DNA of 64,000 bases from Bacteroidales bacterium. GTDB lineage: Bacteria; Bacteroidota; Bacteroidia; Bacteroidales; P3. Below the pieces are notes generated by a model. It was not told the DNA's origin, did not search any database, and was given only the letters and a program-made list of their open reading frames with translations. The translations under genes and the position numbers were made by a program. Position 1 is the stretch's first letter. Each line of letters begins with the position of its first letter. Below are positions 9,326 to 18,350 of this stretch, in pieces. The stretch spans positions 11 through 64,010 of the forward strand of contig JAFVBA010000004.1 of assembly GCA_017480245.1 (NCBI GenBank), given 5' to 3'.

Positions 9326-9518
9326 GTGCGAGCCGCACAGGCAATAAAAACCTATTAAAATAAAGTGGTGCGAGCCGCACGGGCAATAAAAACTTATTAA
9401 TTAAAATAAAGTGCCGAATCACGAAATTATTTTCAGAAAAGAATAAAATGTTTCTTGAAAAGAATTTACTGAAACGGCACTTTATTTTGGTTTATTTTTA
9501 TTGCCTGTTTGGTTCGCA
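9326..9518. repeat. Composite repeat: two direct copies of GTGCGAGCCGCAC(A/G)GGCAATAAAAAC plus an inverted partial copy, enclosing a family-A element
   Basis: Direct copies at 9326-9351 and 9368-9393. The inverted copy is GTTTATTTTTATTGCCTGTTTGGTTCGCAC at 9489-9518. Confidence 0.65.
9406..9485. repeat. Repeat family A copy
   Basis: AAAGTGCCGAATC...GAAACGGCACTTT with the family core. Confidence 0.75.
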
Positions 9519-9614
9519 CAACTTTACTTTAAGGAAATGTATTGCAGGTAAGGAGATTTTGGAGTTAATTAATAATATTTTGACTTTAATGAGTCTGTTT
9601 TGGAATATTTTTAT

Positions 9615-9622
9615 TATCTTTG
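9615..9622 (+). promoter_or_regulatory. -7 box TATCTTTG for the DHH phosphoesterase gene
   Basis: TAnnTTTG match 25 nt upstream of the ATG at 9647. Confidence 0.5.
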
Positions 9623-9646
9623 CACATTATTTTTAAACGGATTTTG

Positions 9647-10669
9647 ATGAAATTTAAGACAAAAGACATATTGCAGTTGCAAAATTATATAATAGAGCAA
9701 CAAAACATAACTATCACTACCCATTATAACCCTGACGGAGACGCTGTTGGCTCGGTTACGGCATTGTATCATTACTTTAAATTGATAATGAAAGATGTTC
9801 AGATAGTGATACCCAACTATGTTCCCCATAGTATTGAATTTCTTTTAGAAAATACGGATTACATTATAGCGGAAGCGGATTTCAAAAAAGCGAAAAAACG
9901 TTTGCAGGTAACGGATTTGTTGATTGTTGCCGATATGAACGACAATTCCCGCGCAGGAGATAATTTGGAGAAAGTTTTAAACGAAATTGATTGCAAAAAG
10001 GTATTGATTGACCATCATGTTTCGCCTTTTCAATACGATATAAACTTCTCTTATCCCGATGCTTCCTCAACTTGTGAGGTTGTTTGGAACGTTTTGTACC
10101 GTTTGAGTAAGAAAAAAGTATTTCCAGCCGACATTTCACGCTCGTTATATGTGGGAATAATGACCGATACCGGCTCTTTGTGTTTCTCTTGTAACTCTCC
10201 GGAATTGTATGTTGTAATATCCAATCTACTGAAGAGCGGAATCAAGGCAAACAAAATTAACCAAAAAGTATTCGATACTTATTCCAAAGACCGTTTGAAC
10301 CTATTGGGCTATGCAATTAGCAAGAAACTGAGAGTGTTTGATAAACAAAGGGCTGCTTTTATTGCTGTTTCACTTGAGGAATTGGAAAGATACCATTATC
10401 AACCCGGGGATTTGGAAGGTGTTGTCAATTATTGTCTGAAATTAGAGGAGGTTGATTTTTGCGTGTTGATAAGTGAGAGAGATAAAAAGATAAGACTGTC
10501 TTTCAGAAGTAAGGACGAAAGTATTGATGTCAATAAATTCGCCCGTAAATATTGGAACGGCGGCGGTCATGTGATGGCTGCTGGCGGCAAGAGCTTTCTT
10601 TCTTTTAACGAAGTGGTGAAAAAAATTACCAAACAGATATATAACAAAGAGTTTATCGTAAAAGATTAG
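9647..10669 (+). CDS. nrnA: DHH/DHHA1 family phosphoesterase (NrnA-like oligoribonuclease / pAp phosphatase)
   Basis: HYNPDGDAVGS (DHH region), DHH and GGGH motifs. The start was moved to the ATG at 9647, downstream of the promoter box. Confidence 0.8.
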   Translation: MKFKTKDILQLQNYIIEQQNITITTHYNPDGDAVGSVTALYHYFKLIMKDVQIVIPNYVPHSIEFLLENTDYIIAEADFKKAKKRLQVTDLLIVADMNDNSRAGDNLEKVLNEIDCKKVLIDHHVSPFQYDINFSYPDASSTCEVVWNVLYRLSKKKVFPADISRSLYVGIMTDTGSLCFSCNSPELYVVISNLLKSGIKANKINQKVFDTYSKDRLNLLGYAISKKLRVFDKQRAAFIAVSLEELERYHYQPGDLEGVVNYCLKLEEVDFCVLISERDKKIRLSFRSKDESIDVNKFARKYWNGGGHVMAAGGKSFLSFNEVVKKITKQIYNKEFIVKD

Positions 10670-10678
10670 GCGTAAGTA

Positions 10679-11233
10679 ATGAAAAATTGTTTTCTTGTCA
10701 TATTAATGGTTTTTATTTTCCTAAGTTGCGGCAATAAATACAACGAAGAATTTGCCGTCGGGCGTAATGAACAGGAGAATGTGGCTGTTCAAAGAGAGAA
10801 ATCAATAGAAAAATCGCTTACAAAGGCTAATGAAATTATAAGTGTGAAAGAAAAACAGAGCATTCTCTCCTATATAGAACGCAGAGGGTGGAATATGGAA
10901 AACAAAAGCGGAATTTACGTTCAGATTACTAAGCAAGGAGAGGGTAAAGTGATAGATGACAGTTGTATTGTGGCAGTTAAATATGATTGTTTTTTGATAA
11001 ACGGGCAGCGTTACGGCAATTCGTCTTCGCAAACCGACACTTTCAATGTCAGAGGCGACACAAAGATTCCGTTCGGTTTGATGTCAGCCGTCAAAGGTAT
11101 GCAAAAAAAGACGCAGGCACGCATAATAATTCCGTCAAATCTGGCTTTCACAATCTCAGATGAGGGAGAAAAAATCTCACAGGACAATACATTAATATAT
11201 ATAGTGGAAATAAAGGACGTAATAGGGAAATGA
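10679..11233 (+). CDS. FKBP-type peptidyl-prolyl isomerase-like lipoprotein
   Basis: Lipobox LSCG and an FKBP-like C-terminal domain. First of three tandem FKBP genes. Confidence 0.7.
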   Translation: MKNCFLVILMVFIFLSCGNKYNEEFAVGRNEQENVAVQREKSIEKSLTKANEIISVKEKQSILSYIERRGWNMENKSGIYVQITKQGEGKVIDDSCIVAVKYDCFLINGQRYGNSSSQTDTFNVRGDTKIPFGLMSAVKGMQKKTQARIIIPSNLAFTISDEGEKISQDNTLIYIVEIKDVIGK

Positions 11234-12117
11234 AACTGACAATCAAACATATTACATTGATAATTATTGCATTGGCGTTTTTTTCTTGCCAAGACAATGG
11301 CGGTTTTACGCAAACGGAGTTAGGCTTTTCATTTAAGCGTTGCACAAAACACGATTCCGCTCCGAAGGCTAAGCAAGGCGATATAATATTCGGGCAAATG
11401 AAGGTGCTGTTAAACAATAAGACTGAGATTTCTTCCAATTACGGCTCACCAGATAGGCTTTTCGTTATCGGAGATGCGACGGTCGGTTCAATAAATGAGT
11501 TCCTTATGACACTGCATTTGGGAGATTCCGCCGTTATGATTGCACCTGCCGACAGTGTTTTGAATTATACGGGCAATATTGAGTGCCGTCCGAATGACAA
11601 AATCTATATTTACCTTACCGTTACGCAGATTATCTCTTCTGCGGAGCTGACAGGACTCGAGAAAGAGGTACAAGAAAATCAGCAAAGGGAAGAAGAAGCC
11701 CTTACGGAGTATGTTCTGGAAAATTATGAGCGTGCTGAGAAAAAGGAAAGCGGATTATTTTTCCTTGAAATCAAAGAAGGACACGGCAAAAAGGCAGAAT
11801 ACGGCAAGCGAATCTTCGTAAATTATGCCGTAACTGACACTTCAGGAAAGTTATATGACACAAACATAGGAGAAGTTGCGGAAAAACACGGAGTAAAACG
11901 CCCGGATAAATTATACAAACCTTTTGATTTTGTATTGGGAGACGATGCCCTTATCGCAGGATGGAGTGAGGGTCTGTCATATATGAAAGAGGGCGGAAGA
12001 AGTACGCTTATCGTTCCGTCAAAGTTGGCATACGGCGAAGTGGGATTCGGAAAAATTCCGCCATATACGCCGTTGGTGTTTGACATTACGTTGATTAAAG
12101 TAGAAAATGAACAATAA
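11230..12117 (+). CDS. FKBP-type peptidyl-prolyl cis-trans isomerase
   Basis: C-terminal FKBP domain (FVLGDDALIAGWSEGLSYMKEGG...LVFDITLI). Confidence 0.8.
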   Translation: MKLTIKHITLIIIALAFFSCQDNGGFTQTELGFSFKRCTKHDSAPKAKQGDIIFGQMKVLLNNKTEISSNYGSPDRLFVIGDATVGSINEFLMTLHLGDSAVMIAPADSVLNYTGNIECRPNDKIYIYLTVTQIISSAELTGLEKEVQENQQREEEALTEYVLENYERAEKKESGLFFLEIKEGHGKKAEYGKRIFVNYAVTDTSGKLYDTNIGEVAEKHGVKRPDKLYKPFDFVLGDDALIAGWSEGLSYMKEGGRSTLIVPSKLAYGEVGFGKIPPYTPLVFDITLIKVENEQ

Positions 12118-12147
12118 AACAAGATAATAACAAAAAACAATACGGCA

Positions 12148-13041
12148 ATGAAAAGAAAAATTTTTTCAGCATTACTTTTGGGTGCAGCCTTAGGCGTTAA
12201 TGCACAGAACAATATTGAAGATTTTGCAACAAGCAGCGACGGTGTTAAGTACAAAATAGAAAAGATTAACCAGGAAGGGCAAAGGGTTAAAGAAGGAGAC
12301 CTTGTTATCGGCAGGTTTTCAATTTACTATGGCGACAGTTTGGTTTATAACGGAATGAACCGCCCGTCTGCGCCTGTTTTTCCTGTTGTTAAGCAAAACC
12401 ATATATTTAACGGTGATTTGATTGACGGATTAAAACTAATGCATGTGGGAGATATAACAACGTTTGCCTTTGAAAAGGACACGATGGTTAAATACAATAC
12501 GGGAGTTCCTAAAGACATCACTGCAAAATATGTATTCTATAAAGTAAGAGTTGATTCTGTTACCTCACTTGCAGAAATGGAAAAAGCGGAAAGAGAACAA
12601 GCCGAACAATACCGTCAAAAAGAAACCTCACTTATTGAAGATTATCTGACAAAAGAGGGGTGGAATAAACAGAAAACTGATGGCATTTACGTAAAGCTCC
12701 TTCAAAAAGGAACGGGTGCAAAAGCCAAGAACGGAGATAAAGTAAAGATTCATTACATCGGGCAATTACTTGACGGAACATACTTTGACACTTCGGTAGA
12801 ATCGGTTGCCAAGGAAAACAATCTTTACAACGCTCAAAGACCATACGAACCTTTGGAGTTTAAAGTTGGAGCTGGACAGATGATTAGAGGCTTTGAGGCT
12901 GCGGCACGTCAATTGAGTAAAGGCGGAAAGGCAATTGTTTTGATACCGAGTGAATTGGCTTACGGCGCAAGGGATATGGGTATAATAAAACCTTATTCTC
13001 CGCTACTATTTACAATAGAACTTGTGGATATTTCAAAATAA
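12148..13041 (+). CDS. FKBP-type peptidyl-prolyl cis-trans isomerase
   Basis: FKVGAGQMIRGFEAA...LLFTIELV. Has a signal peptide. Confidence 0.8.
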   Translation: MKRKIFSALLLGAALGVNAQNNIEDFATSSDGVKYKIEKINQEGQRVKEGDLVIGRFSIYYGDSLVYNGMNRPSAPVFPVVKQNHIFNGDLIDGLKLMHVGDITTFAFEKDTMVKYNTGVPKDITAKYVFYKVRVDSVTSLAEMEKAEREQAEQYRQKETSLIEDYLTKEGWNKQKTDGIYVKLLQKGTGAKAKNGDKVKIHYIGQLLDGTYFDTSVESVAKENNLYNAQRPYEPLEFKVGAGQMIRGFEAAARQLSKGGKAIVLIPSELAYGARDMGIIKPYSPLLFTIELVDISK

Positions 13042-13050
13042 ACTGAAAAG

Positions 13051-13125
13051 AAGTGCCGAAACAGTAAATTCTTTTCTGAAAAGAATAAAATGTTTTTTGA
13101 AAACAATTTGTTGATTCGGCACTTT
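13051..13125. repeat. Repeat family A copy, just after the FKBP stop codon
   Basis: AAGTGCCGAAACAG...TGATTCGGCACTTT. Confidence 0.75.
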
Positions 13126-13257
13126 ATTTTGAAGACTTAGTAAAATAGAGTAATAACTTGAATAATAAGAGTTTGTATCTTGTAATTTACAAATGTAACA
13201 TTCAAGAAAAAATTAAAGAACAGAATATTTGATTAAATAACATAAAGAAATAAGATA

Positions 13258-14067
13258 ATGGAATTAAATTTAAACAAACCAATAGTATTTTTTGACCTTG
13301 AAACTACGGGAGTTACGGTAGGCAAAGACCATATAATTCAAATAGGAATGATTAAGGTAATGCCAAATGGCGAAGAAAGGCTTTACAATCAATTAGTTAA
13401 TCCTGGCGTTCCTATTCCTAAGAACATAACTCAATTGACGGGAATCAGCAATGCAGATGTTGCAACAGCGCCGTCATTTAAAGAAATTGCAGAGGAGTTG
13501 AAAGAATTTATTGGTGACAGTGATTTAGGCGGTTATAACTCCAATAAGTTTGATGTTCCGCTACTTGTGGAAGAATTTTTGCGTTGCGGAGTTGATTTTG
13601 ACTTAAACGGCCGTAATCTTGTGGATGTTCAGAATATTTTTCACAAGATGGAACAGCGTACCTTGGCTGCCGCATACCGTTTCTACTGCCATAAAGAAAT
13701 AGAAAACGCACATACCGCCGATGCCGACATACGCGCAACTTTGGAAGTGTTGAAAGCACAATTGGATATGTACAAAGACGCCGTTTATAAGGACATTGAC
13801 GGCAAGGAATCCAAACCTGTACAAAACGATATGCACGCTTTGAGTATTTTTTCAAGGGCTAACAATTGGGCAGACTTGGTCGGACATATTTATTATGACG
13901 ATAACTTAGTTCCTTGTATCAATTTCGGAAAACATAAAGGCAAACCTGTTGCAGATGTTTTCAAGGCAGAACCGTCTTATTACGATTGGATGATGAAAGC
14001 GGACTTTCCGTTATCCACAAAACGCATAATAAAACAAATTTACGAATTAAACAGATTGAAACATTAG
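13258..14067 (+). CDS. DnaQ-like 3'-5' exonuclease domain protein
   Basis: ExoI motif FFDLETTG, the later HTADAD motif, and an extra C-terminal domain. Confidence 0.8.
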   Translation: MELNLNKPIVFFDLETTGVTVGKDHIIQIGMIKVMPNGEERLYNQLVNPGVPIPKNITQLTGISNADVATAPSFKEIAEELKEFIGDSDLGGYNSNKFDVPLLVEEFLRCGVDFDLNGRNLVDVQNIFHKMEQRTLAAAYRFYCHKEIENAHTADADIRATLEVLKAQLDMYKDAVYKDIDGKESKPVQNDMHALSIFSRANNWADLVGHIYYDDNLVPCINFGKHKGKPVADVFKAEPSYYDWMMKADFPLSTKRIIKQIYELNRLKH

Positions 14068-14107
14068 GATTTACAAACGTAATTTCCGAATTTAAAACCA
14101 TAAAACT

Positions 14108-14722
14108 ATGAAAATTCTGTGTATTGGCAGGAATTATTCCGAGCATATAAGGGAATTGGGGAACGAAGTGCCTGAAGACATTGTTTTTTTCTTAAAACCC
14201 GACACTTCATTGACAAGAGGTAACGAGGATTTCTATTTTCCCGATTTTTCTTCTTCGGTTCATTACGAGTGTGAGGTAGTTGTGAAAATTGATAAGACAG
14301 GTAAATGTATTCCTGTGGAATATGCCAAAAATTATTACTCACAAATCGCTCTCGGAATCGATTATACGCTGCGCGACATCCAAAGTAAATACAAAGAAAA
14401 GGGACTTCCTTGGACGCTTGCGAAAGGTTTTGATTATTCTGCACCTGTCAGTGATTTCGTTATGTTGAAAGATTTGGGTAAAGACATACAAAACATTGAC
14501 TTTACATTGACTAAAAACGGTCAAACCGTGCAACAGGGCAATACTGCCTATATGCTTTACAGCGTTGATGAGATTATAGCGTATATCTCTCAGTTTATAA
14601 CTCTTAAGACTGGAGATTTGATTTTTACGGGGACGCCTAAAGGTGTCGGAGAGATAAAACAAGGCGATGTGTTGGAGGCTTATTTGGAAGGAAAGCCTAT
14701 GCTTAAACAACAAATAAGATAA
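14108..14722 (+). CDS. Fumarylacetoacetate hydrolase (FAH) family protein
   Basis: GRNY..H, ECEVVV and GDLIFTGTPKGVG motifs. Confidence 0.8.
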   Translation: MKILCIGRNYSEHIRELGNEVPEDIVFFLKPDTSLTRGNEDFYFPDFSSSVHYECEVVVKIDKTGKCIPVEYAKNYYSQIALGIDYTLRDIQSKYKEKGLPWTLAKGFDYSAPVSDFVMLKDLGKDIQNIDFTLTKNGQTVQQGNTAYMLYSVDEIIAYISQFITLKTGDLIFTGTPKGVGEIKQGDVLEAYLEGKPMLKQQIR

Positions 14723-14728
14723 ACGTTT

Positions 14729-16390
14729 ATGTTGTTGTCATTAAAAATAGAAAACTATGCACTTATCCGTTCCAGTAAGATAAGTTTTTATGACGGATTC
14801 ACCTCTATTACCGGTGAAACGGGAGCGGGAAAAAGTATTATGCTTGGTGCGTTGGCTTTGGTGCTTGGTGGTCGGGCGGATACGCAGGTTCTGTTGGATA
14901 AGGAGAAGAAATGCGTAGTTGAGGCTGAGTTTTCCATCGGCAAAGAGATGAAAAAACTCTTTGATGACAATGATTTGGATTTTGAACAGCGGAGTATTTT
15001 CCGCAGGGAGATAACTCCTTCGGGCAAATCGCGGGCTTTTATCAACGATACGCCCGTTCAACTCTCCGTTATGAAGTCTTTTGCCGATTATTTAGTGGAT
15101 ATACATTCGCAAAGTTCCACAATAAATCTGAAAAATCACGATTTCCAGCTGCAAATTGTGGATTCTTTGTCGGAAAATCAAGATATATTGGTTTCTTTCC
15201 GCAATTTGTTTTCTCAATATAAGCAATTGGAAAAAACAATAGCCGATTTGCAACAAAGACAATCGGAACTTGTCAAAGAGAAATCCTATAATGAATTCTT
15301 ATTTGAGGAATTGGAGAGCGCCAATCTGCTTGAGGACGAACAGGAAGAGAAAGAAAAACTGTTGGAACTTGCATCCAATGCTGAGACAATAAAAGAAAAT
15401 ATAGTGCAATCGCTCCAGAGTTTTGACAATGAGCAAGACAATAACATCTTGGGACTTTTGAACGAAACGAATTACCGTCTGGGCAAGATTGCATCGCATA
15501 ACAAGACATTGGCTGAGCTTTACAATAGGGTAGAATCGGCAAGTATTGAATTGAAAGATATATACAATGAATTGTCTTCGTTTAATGACGGATTGGATTT
15601 TGATGAAAATCAAATGAATGAACTATCTGACAGATTGAATCTTATTTATAATCTTCAGAAAAAGCACGGCGTCAAGACCATTGCGCAACTTTTGGAAATA
15701 AAAATAGATTTGCAGGAGAAATTACTGCAATCGGACAACATAGATTCGCAGATAGAAGAGAAGATTGCGCAAAAACAACAGATGATTAAGCAATTGGACG
15801 GCTTGGCAACGCAACTTCACAAACAAAGACTGCAATCCGCCGAAACGTTATCAAAAGAAATCAAACCTTTGTTGGCATCTATGGCGATGAAAGAGGCTGT
15901 TTTGCAGATTGAAATCACAAGTGAAGATGATTTTAACGCTAACGGTAAGGATAAGGTGCAGTTTCTTTTCAACGCCAACAAGACAAAAGAAAATCATTTG
16001 CAGGAATTATCCCACGTAATCTCGGGCGGAGAATTGTCAAGGTTGATGTTAGCAATCAAAGCAGTCGTTTCAAGAAAATATAATGTGCAAACACTTGTAT
16101 TTGATGAGATAGACACGGGAATAAGCGGTGATATTGCTTCCAAGGCTGCCGATATTATGAAATTGATTTCAAAGAACCATCAAGTGATTGTTATAACTCA
16201 TTTGGTGCAAATGGCAGCTAAATCCGATAAACAGTACAAAGTTTATAAGCAAGTGGTGGATAACCAAACCGAAAGCAATATTAAAGAATTGGATATGCAA
16301 CAAAGAGTTGAGGAATTGGCAAAAATGCTCAGCGGCAACACCATTACAAAAGAAGCCTTAGCAAATGCTAAGACTCTTTTGAATATTTAG
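14729..16390 (+). CDS. recN: DNA repair protein RecN
   Basis: Walker A GETGAGKS, a long coiled coil, and the C-terminal SGGELSRLMLA / LVFDEIDTGISG motifs. Confidence 0.9.
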   Translation: MLLSLKIENYALIRSSKISFYDGFTSITGETGAGKSIMLGALALVLGGRADTQVLLDKEKKCVVEAEFSIGKEMKKLFDDNDLDFEQRSIFRREITPSGKSRAFINDTPVQLSVMKSFADYLVDIHSQSSTINLKNHDFQLQIVDSLSENQDILVSFRNLFSQYKQLEKTIADLQQRQSELVKEKSYNEFLFEELESANLLEDEQEEKEKLLELASNAETIKENIVQSLQSFDNEQDNNILGLLNETNYRLGKIASHNKTLAELYNRVESASIELKDIYNELSSFNDGLDFDENQMNELSDRLNLIYNLQKKHGVKTIAQLLEIKIDLQEKLLQSDNIDSQIEEKIAQKQQMIKQLDGLATQLHKQRLQSAETLSKEIKPLLASMAMKEAVLQIEITSEDDFNANGKDKVQFLFNANKTKENHLQELSHVISGGELSRLMLAIKAVVSRKYNVQTLVFDEIDTGISGDIASKAADIMKLISKNHQVIVITHLVQMAAKSDKQYKVYKQVVDNQTESNIKELDMQQRVEELAKMLSGNTITKEALANAKTLLNI

Positions 16391-16399
16391 TATTTTAAA

Positions 16400-17446
16400 T
16401 TAATGTTGATTTACCGGCTGGTCTTTAAATTCTCTTGTGCGGTTTGATGTTTTTTCCTCTTCATCGCGGATTACTCTCTTGGAATCATAATCCTTTTGGT
16501 CTTCATAGAAATGCGTTTTACCGAAGTACTCAATGCTTCTGACCTCTGTGTATTTCACTGCCCAGGAATCGTACATTATTCTTTTAGTCCAATTAAAGAA
16601 TTTATCCTTTACGAATTCGTAGGAATAGTCTATTGATTTTACATTTTTAGGGTCAATTGCCACTTCGCTTATTACGTTGAAATGCTCGTCATATTCGTAA
16701 GTGTAGGTAAGCAACAGTTTATTCTTGTTACTGAATATTGATTTATGAACAAGTAATCCCTCATTGTTATATTCGTATGTCTCTCTGCGTGTCATCTTGT
16801 CGTTTCTTGACCAAATCTTTTCCATTGCCAAGTTGTTATATGCACGCTTTACGGTAAGTTTTTCTACATTTGTGTTATGCCCGTAAGTAGTTATGGTTGA
16901 GATAAGCGAATCGGCAGGACCGTAAAAGTATTGTATTGTTTTGTTGCCGTAAGTGTTATCGCTCGTTATGCGTTTCTCTACAAGCAATCCTTTTGTGTTG
17001 TAAGTGTTTTCTTCTTTTCTTTCTACACGGTTGGCTCCTCCGCGGCTGTTAGGGTAAGATATTTCGGTAAGTGTTGCCAAACGGCCTATATTATTATAAG
17101 TGTATGTCTTTTGTGAGGCAATTCTTCCGTCCGCTTCGCTTATTGTCTCGCTTATAAGTTGTCTGCGGTTATTGTATTCGTATTTTGTTACTCTGTCTCT
17201 TTGTCCGTTTATAAAATTCACCCTTTCCGTCAAAAGACGGTTGTCATTGAATGTAAGCAAATAGTCTTCTATGTAAGAAGTTCTTTGCTGTTTTAAACTG
17301 GAATCCGAAACGAATTTCATATATCTTACTGTTTTCGGATAGCCTTGTAAATTAAAATCCGTAGTTCTGTAAGCTACGTCCTGTGCTTTTGAAGACAATG
17401 CAACAAAAAGTGCAATCCCTATAAAAATTAACGATTTCTTTGTCAT
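16400..17446 (-). CDS. Secreted repeat protein (YD/RHS-like short repeats), hypothetical
   Basis: Signal peptide. Recurring (Y)xYNN..G(R)L motifs. Confidence 0.65.
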   Translation of the reverse strand: MTKKSLIFIGIALFVALSSKAQDVAYRTTDFNLQGYPKTVRYMKFVSDSSLKQQRTSYIEDYLLTFNDNRLLTERVNFINGQRDRVTKYEYNNRRQLISETISEADGRIASQKTYTYNNIGRLATLTEISYPNSRGGANRVERKEENTYNTKGLLVEKRITSDNTYGNKTIQYFYGPADSLISTITTYGHNTNVEKLTVKRAYNNLAMEKIWSRNDKMTRRETYEYNNEGLLVHKSIFSNKNKLLLTYTYEYDEHFNVISEVAIDPKNVKSIDYSYEFVKDKFFNWTKRIMYDSWAVKYTEVRSIEYFGKTHFYEDQKDYDSKRVIRDEEEKTSNRTREFKDQPVNQH

Positions 17447-17473
17447 CTTATCTCAATTTTCTGTATCAACGTG

Positions 17474-17481
17474 CAAAGATA
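17474..17481 (-). promoter_or_regulatory. -7 box (TATCTTTG on the minus strand) for 16400..17446
   Basis: The plus strand reads CAAAGATA. Confidence 0.5.
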
Positions 17482-17519
17482 CAATAAAATTTCTTAAATC
17501 CATAGATTTTTATTGAAAT

Positions 17520-18338
17520 TTAAAACATTTGCTCTGCCTTTTCAATAGAAGAAAGTTTGCCTGTATCAATCCATAATCCATTATGAATGTAGGGTTTAAT
17601 GATATTATTTTCCGATAATTTCAAATACATATCGGTAATTGAGAAAACGCCTTTTTGAGTTATTTTCTCAAAAATTTCATTACTTACCAGATGAACTCCA
17701 GAAAAGGCATAAAGATTTTCTTGTTTGCATTTGCGGGTTATAATCTTCTCGTTGGTTTTCAGATTTGTCCATCCGCAAAGTTCGTTCTCCTCATTAAAAA
17801 TCAAATATCGCTGAGTATCCCGTTTTTGTACCGCCAAAAGAGCTAAAGGTGAGGATTCTGCGAACTTTTTTGGCATATCATTAAAGTCAATATCGGAAAG
17901 AATATCAACGTTATGAAGCAATATTAAATTATCATCAAGACTCTCTGAAATAAAGTGCCGTTTCATCAAATTGTTTTCAGAAAACATTTTACTCTTTTCA
18001 GAAAAGAATTTACTGTTTCGGCACTTTATTTCAGTGTTGTTGCACAATAAGTTACGGGCATTAAGAAAACCTCCTCCCGTGTCAAGTAATTCTTGTCTTT
18101 CGTCTGAAATAATTATATTGCAATCATATTTCTTTGCAATTTTTTTTATAAACTCTGTCATCATATCGGGAAAATGATGTATATTTACGACAATTGTTTC
18201 AATGCCGTAACTTACCATCTTCTCTATATTCCTTTCCAAGAGAGTTTTTCCGTTAATCTCTATAAGGGCTTTGGGTTTGGTATCGGTTAAAGGTCTTAAA
18301 CGGGTACCCAATCCCGCTGCGAAAATCATGGCTTGCAT
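17520..18338 (-). CDS. Sugar-phosphate nucleotidyltransferase (NTP_transferase fold, MurU/RmlA-like) carrying a 30-aa repeat-derived insertion
   Basis: N-terminal AAGLGTRLRPLT motif, plus LDTGGG and HNVDILSD. The 272-aa length includes a 30-aa insert. Confidence 0.8.
   Translation of the reverse strand: MQAMIFAAGLGTRLRPLTDTKPKALIEINGKTLLERNIEKMVSYGIETIVVNIHHFPDMMTEFIKKIAKKYDCNIIISDERQELLDTGGGFLNARNLLCNNTEIKCRNSKFFSEKSKMFSENNLMKRHFISESLDDNLILLHNVDILSDIDFNDMPKKFAESSPLALLAVQKRDTQRYLIFNEENELCGWTNLKTNEKIITRKCKQENLYAFSGVHLVSNEIFEKITQKGVFSITDMYLKLSENNIIKPYIHNGLWIDTGKLSSIEKAEQMF
17945..18034. mobile_element. Repeat family A copy inserted in frame (90 bp, 30 codons) in the nucleotidyltransferase CDS
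   Basis: Arms are CTGAAATAAAGTGCCG / CGGCACTTTATTTCAG. The interior is almost identical to the intergenic copy at 21264-21354. Confidence 0.8.
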
Positions 18339-18350
18339 AGTCGTAGATTT

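Noticed and set aside
9448-9636. 62-aa ORF, and similar ORFs at 17971..18177, 21214..21399 and 50983..51180
   Set aside because: These are translations of family-A repeat DNA and share peptides such as FSEKNL..KRHF only because the DNA is repeated. None has an independent promoter context, and they are not credible genes. The exception is the in-frame copy within 17520..18338, which is reported separately.
10679-13041. Three tandem FKBP-type isomerase genes considered as a possible unusual amplification
   Set aside because: As I recall, tandem FKBP genes are a common conserved arrangement in Bacteroidota. The three copies are divergent, so this is not a recent duplication.
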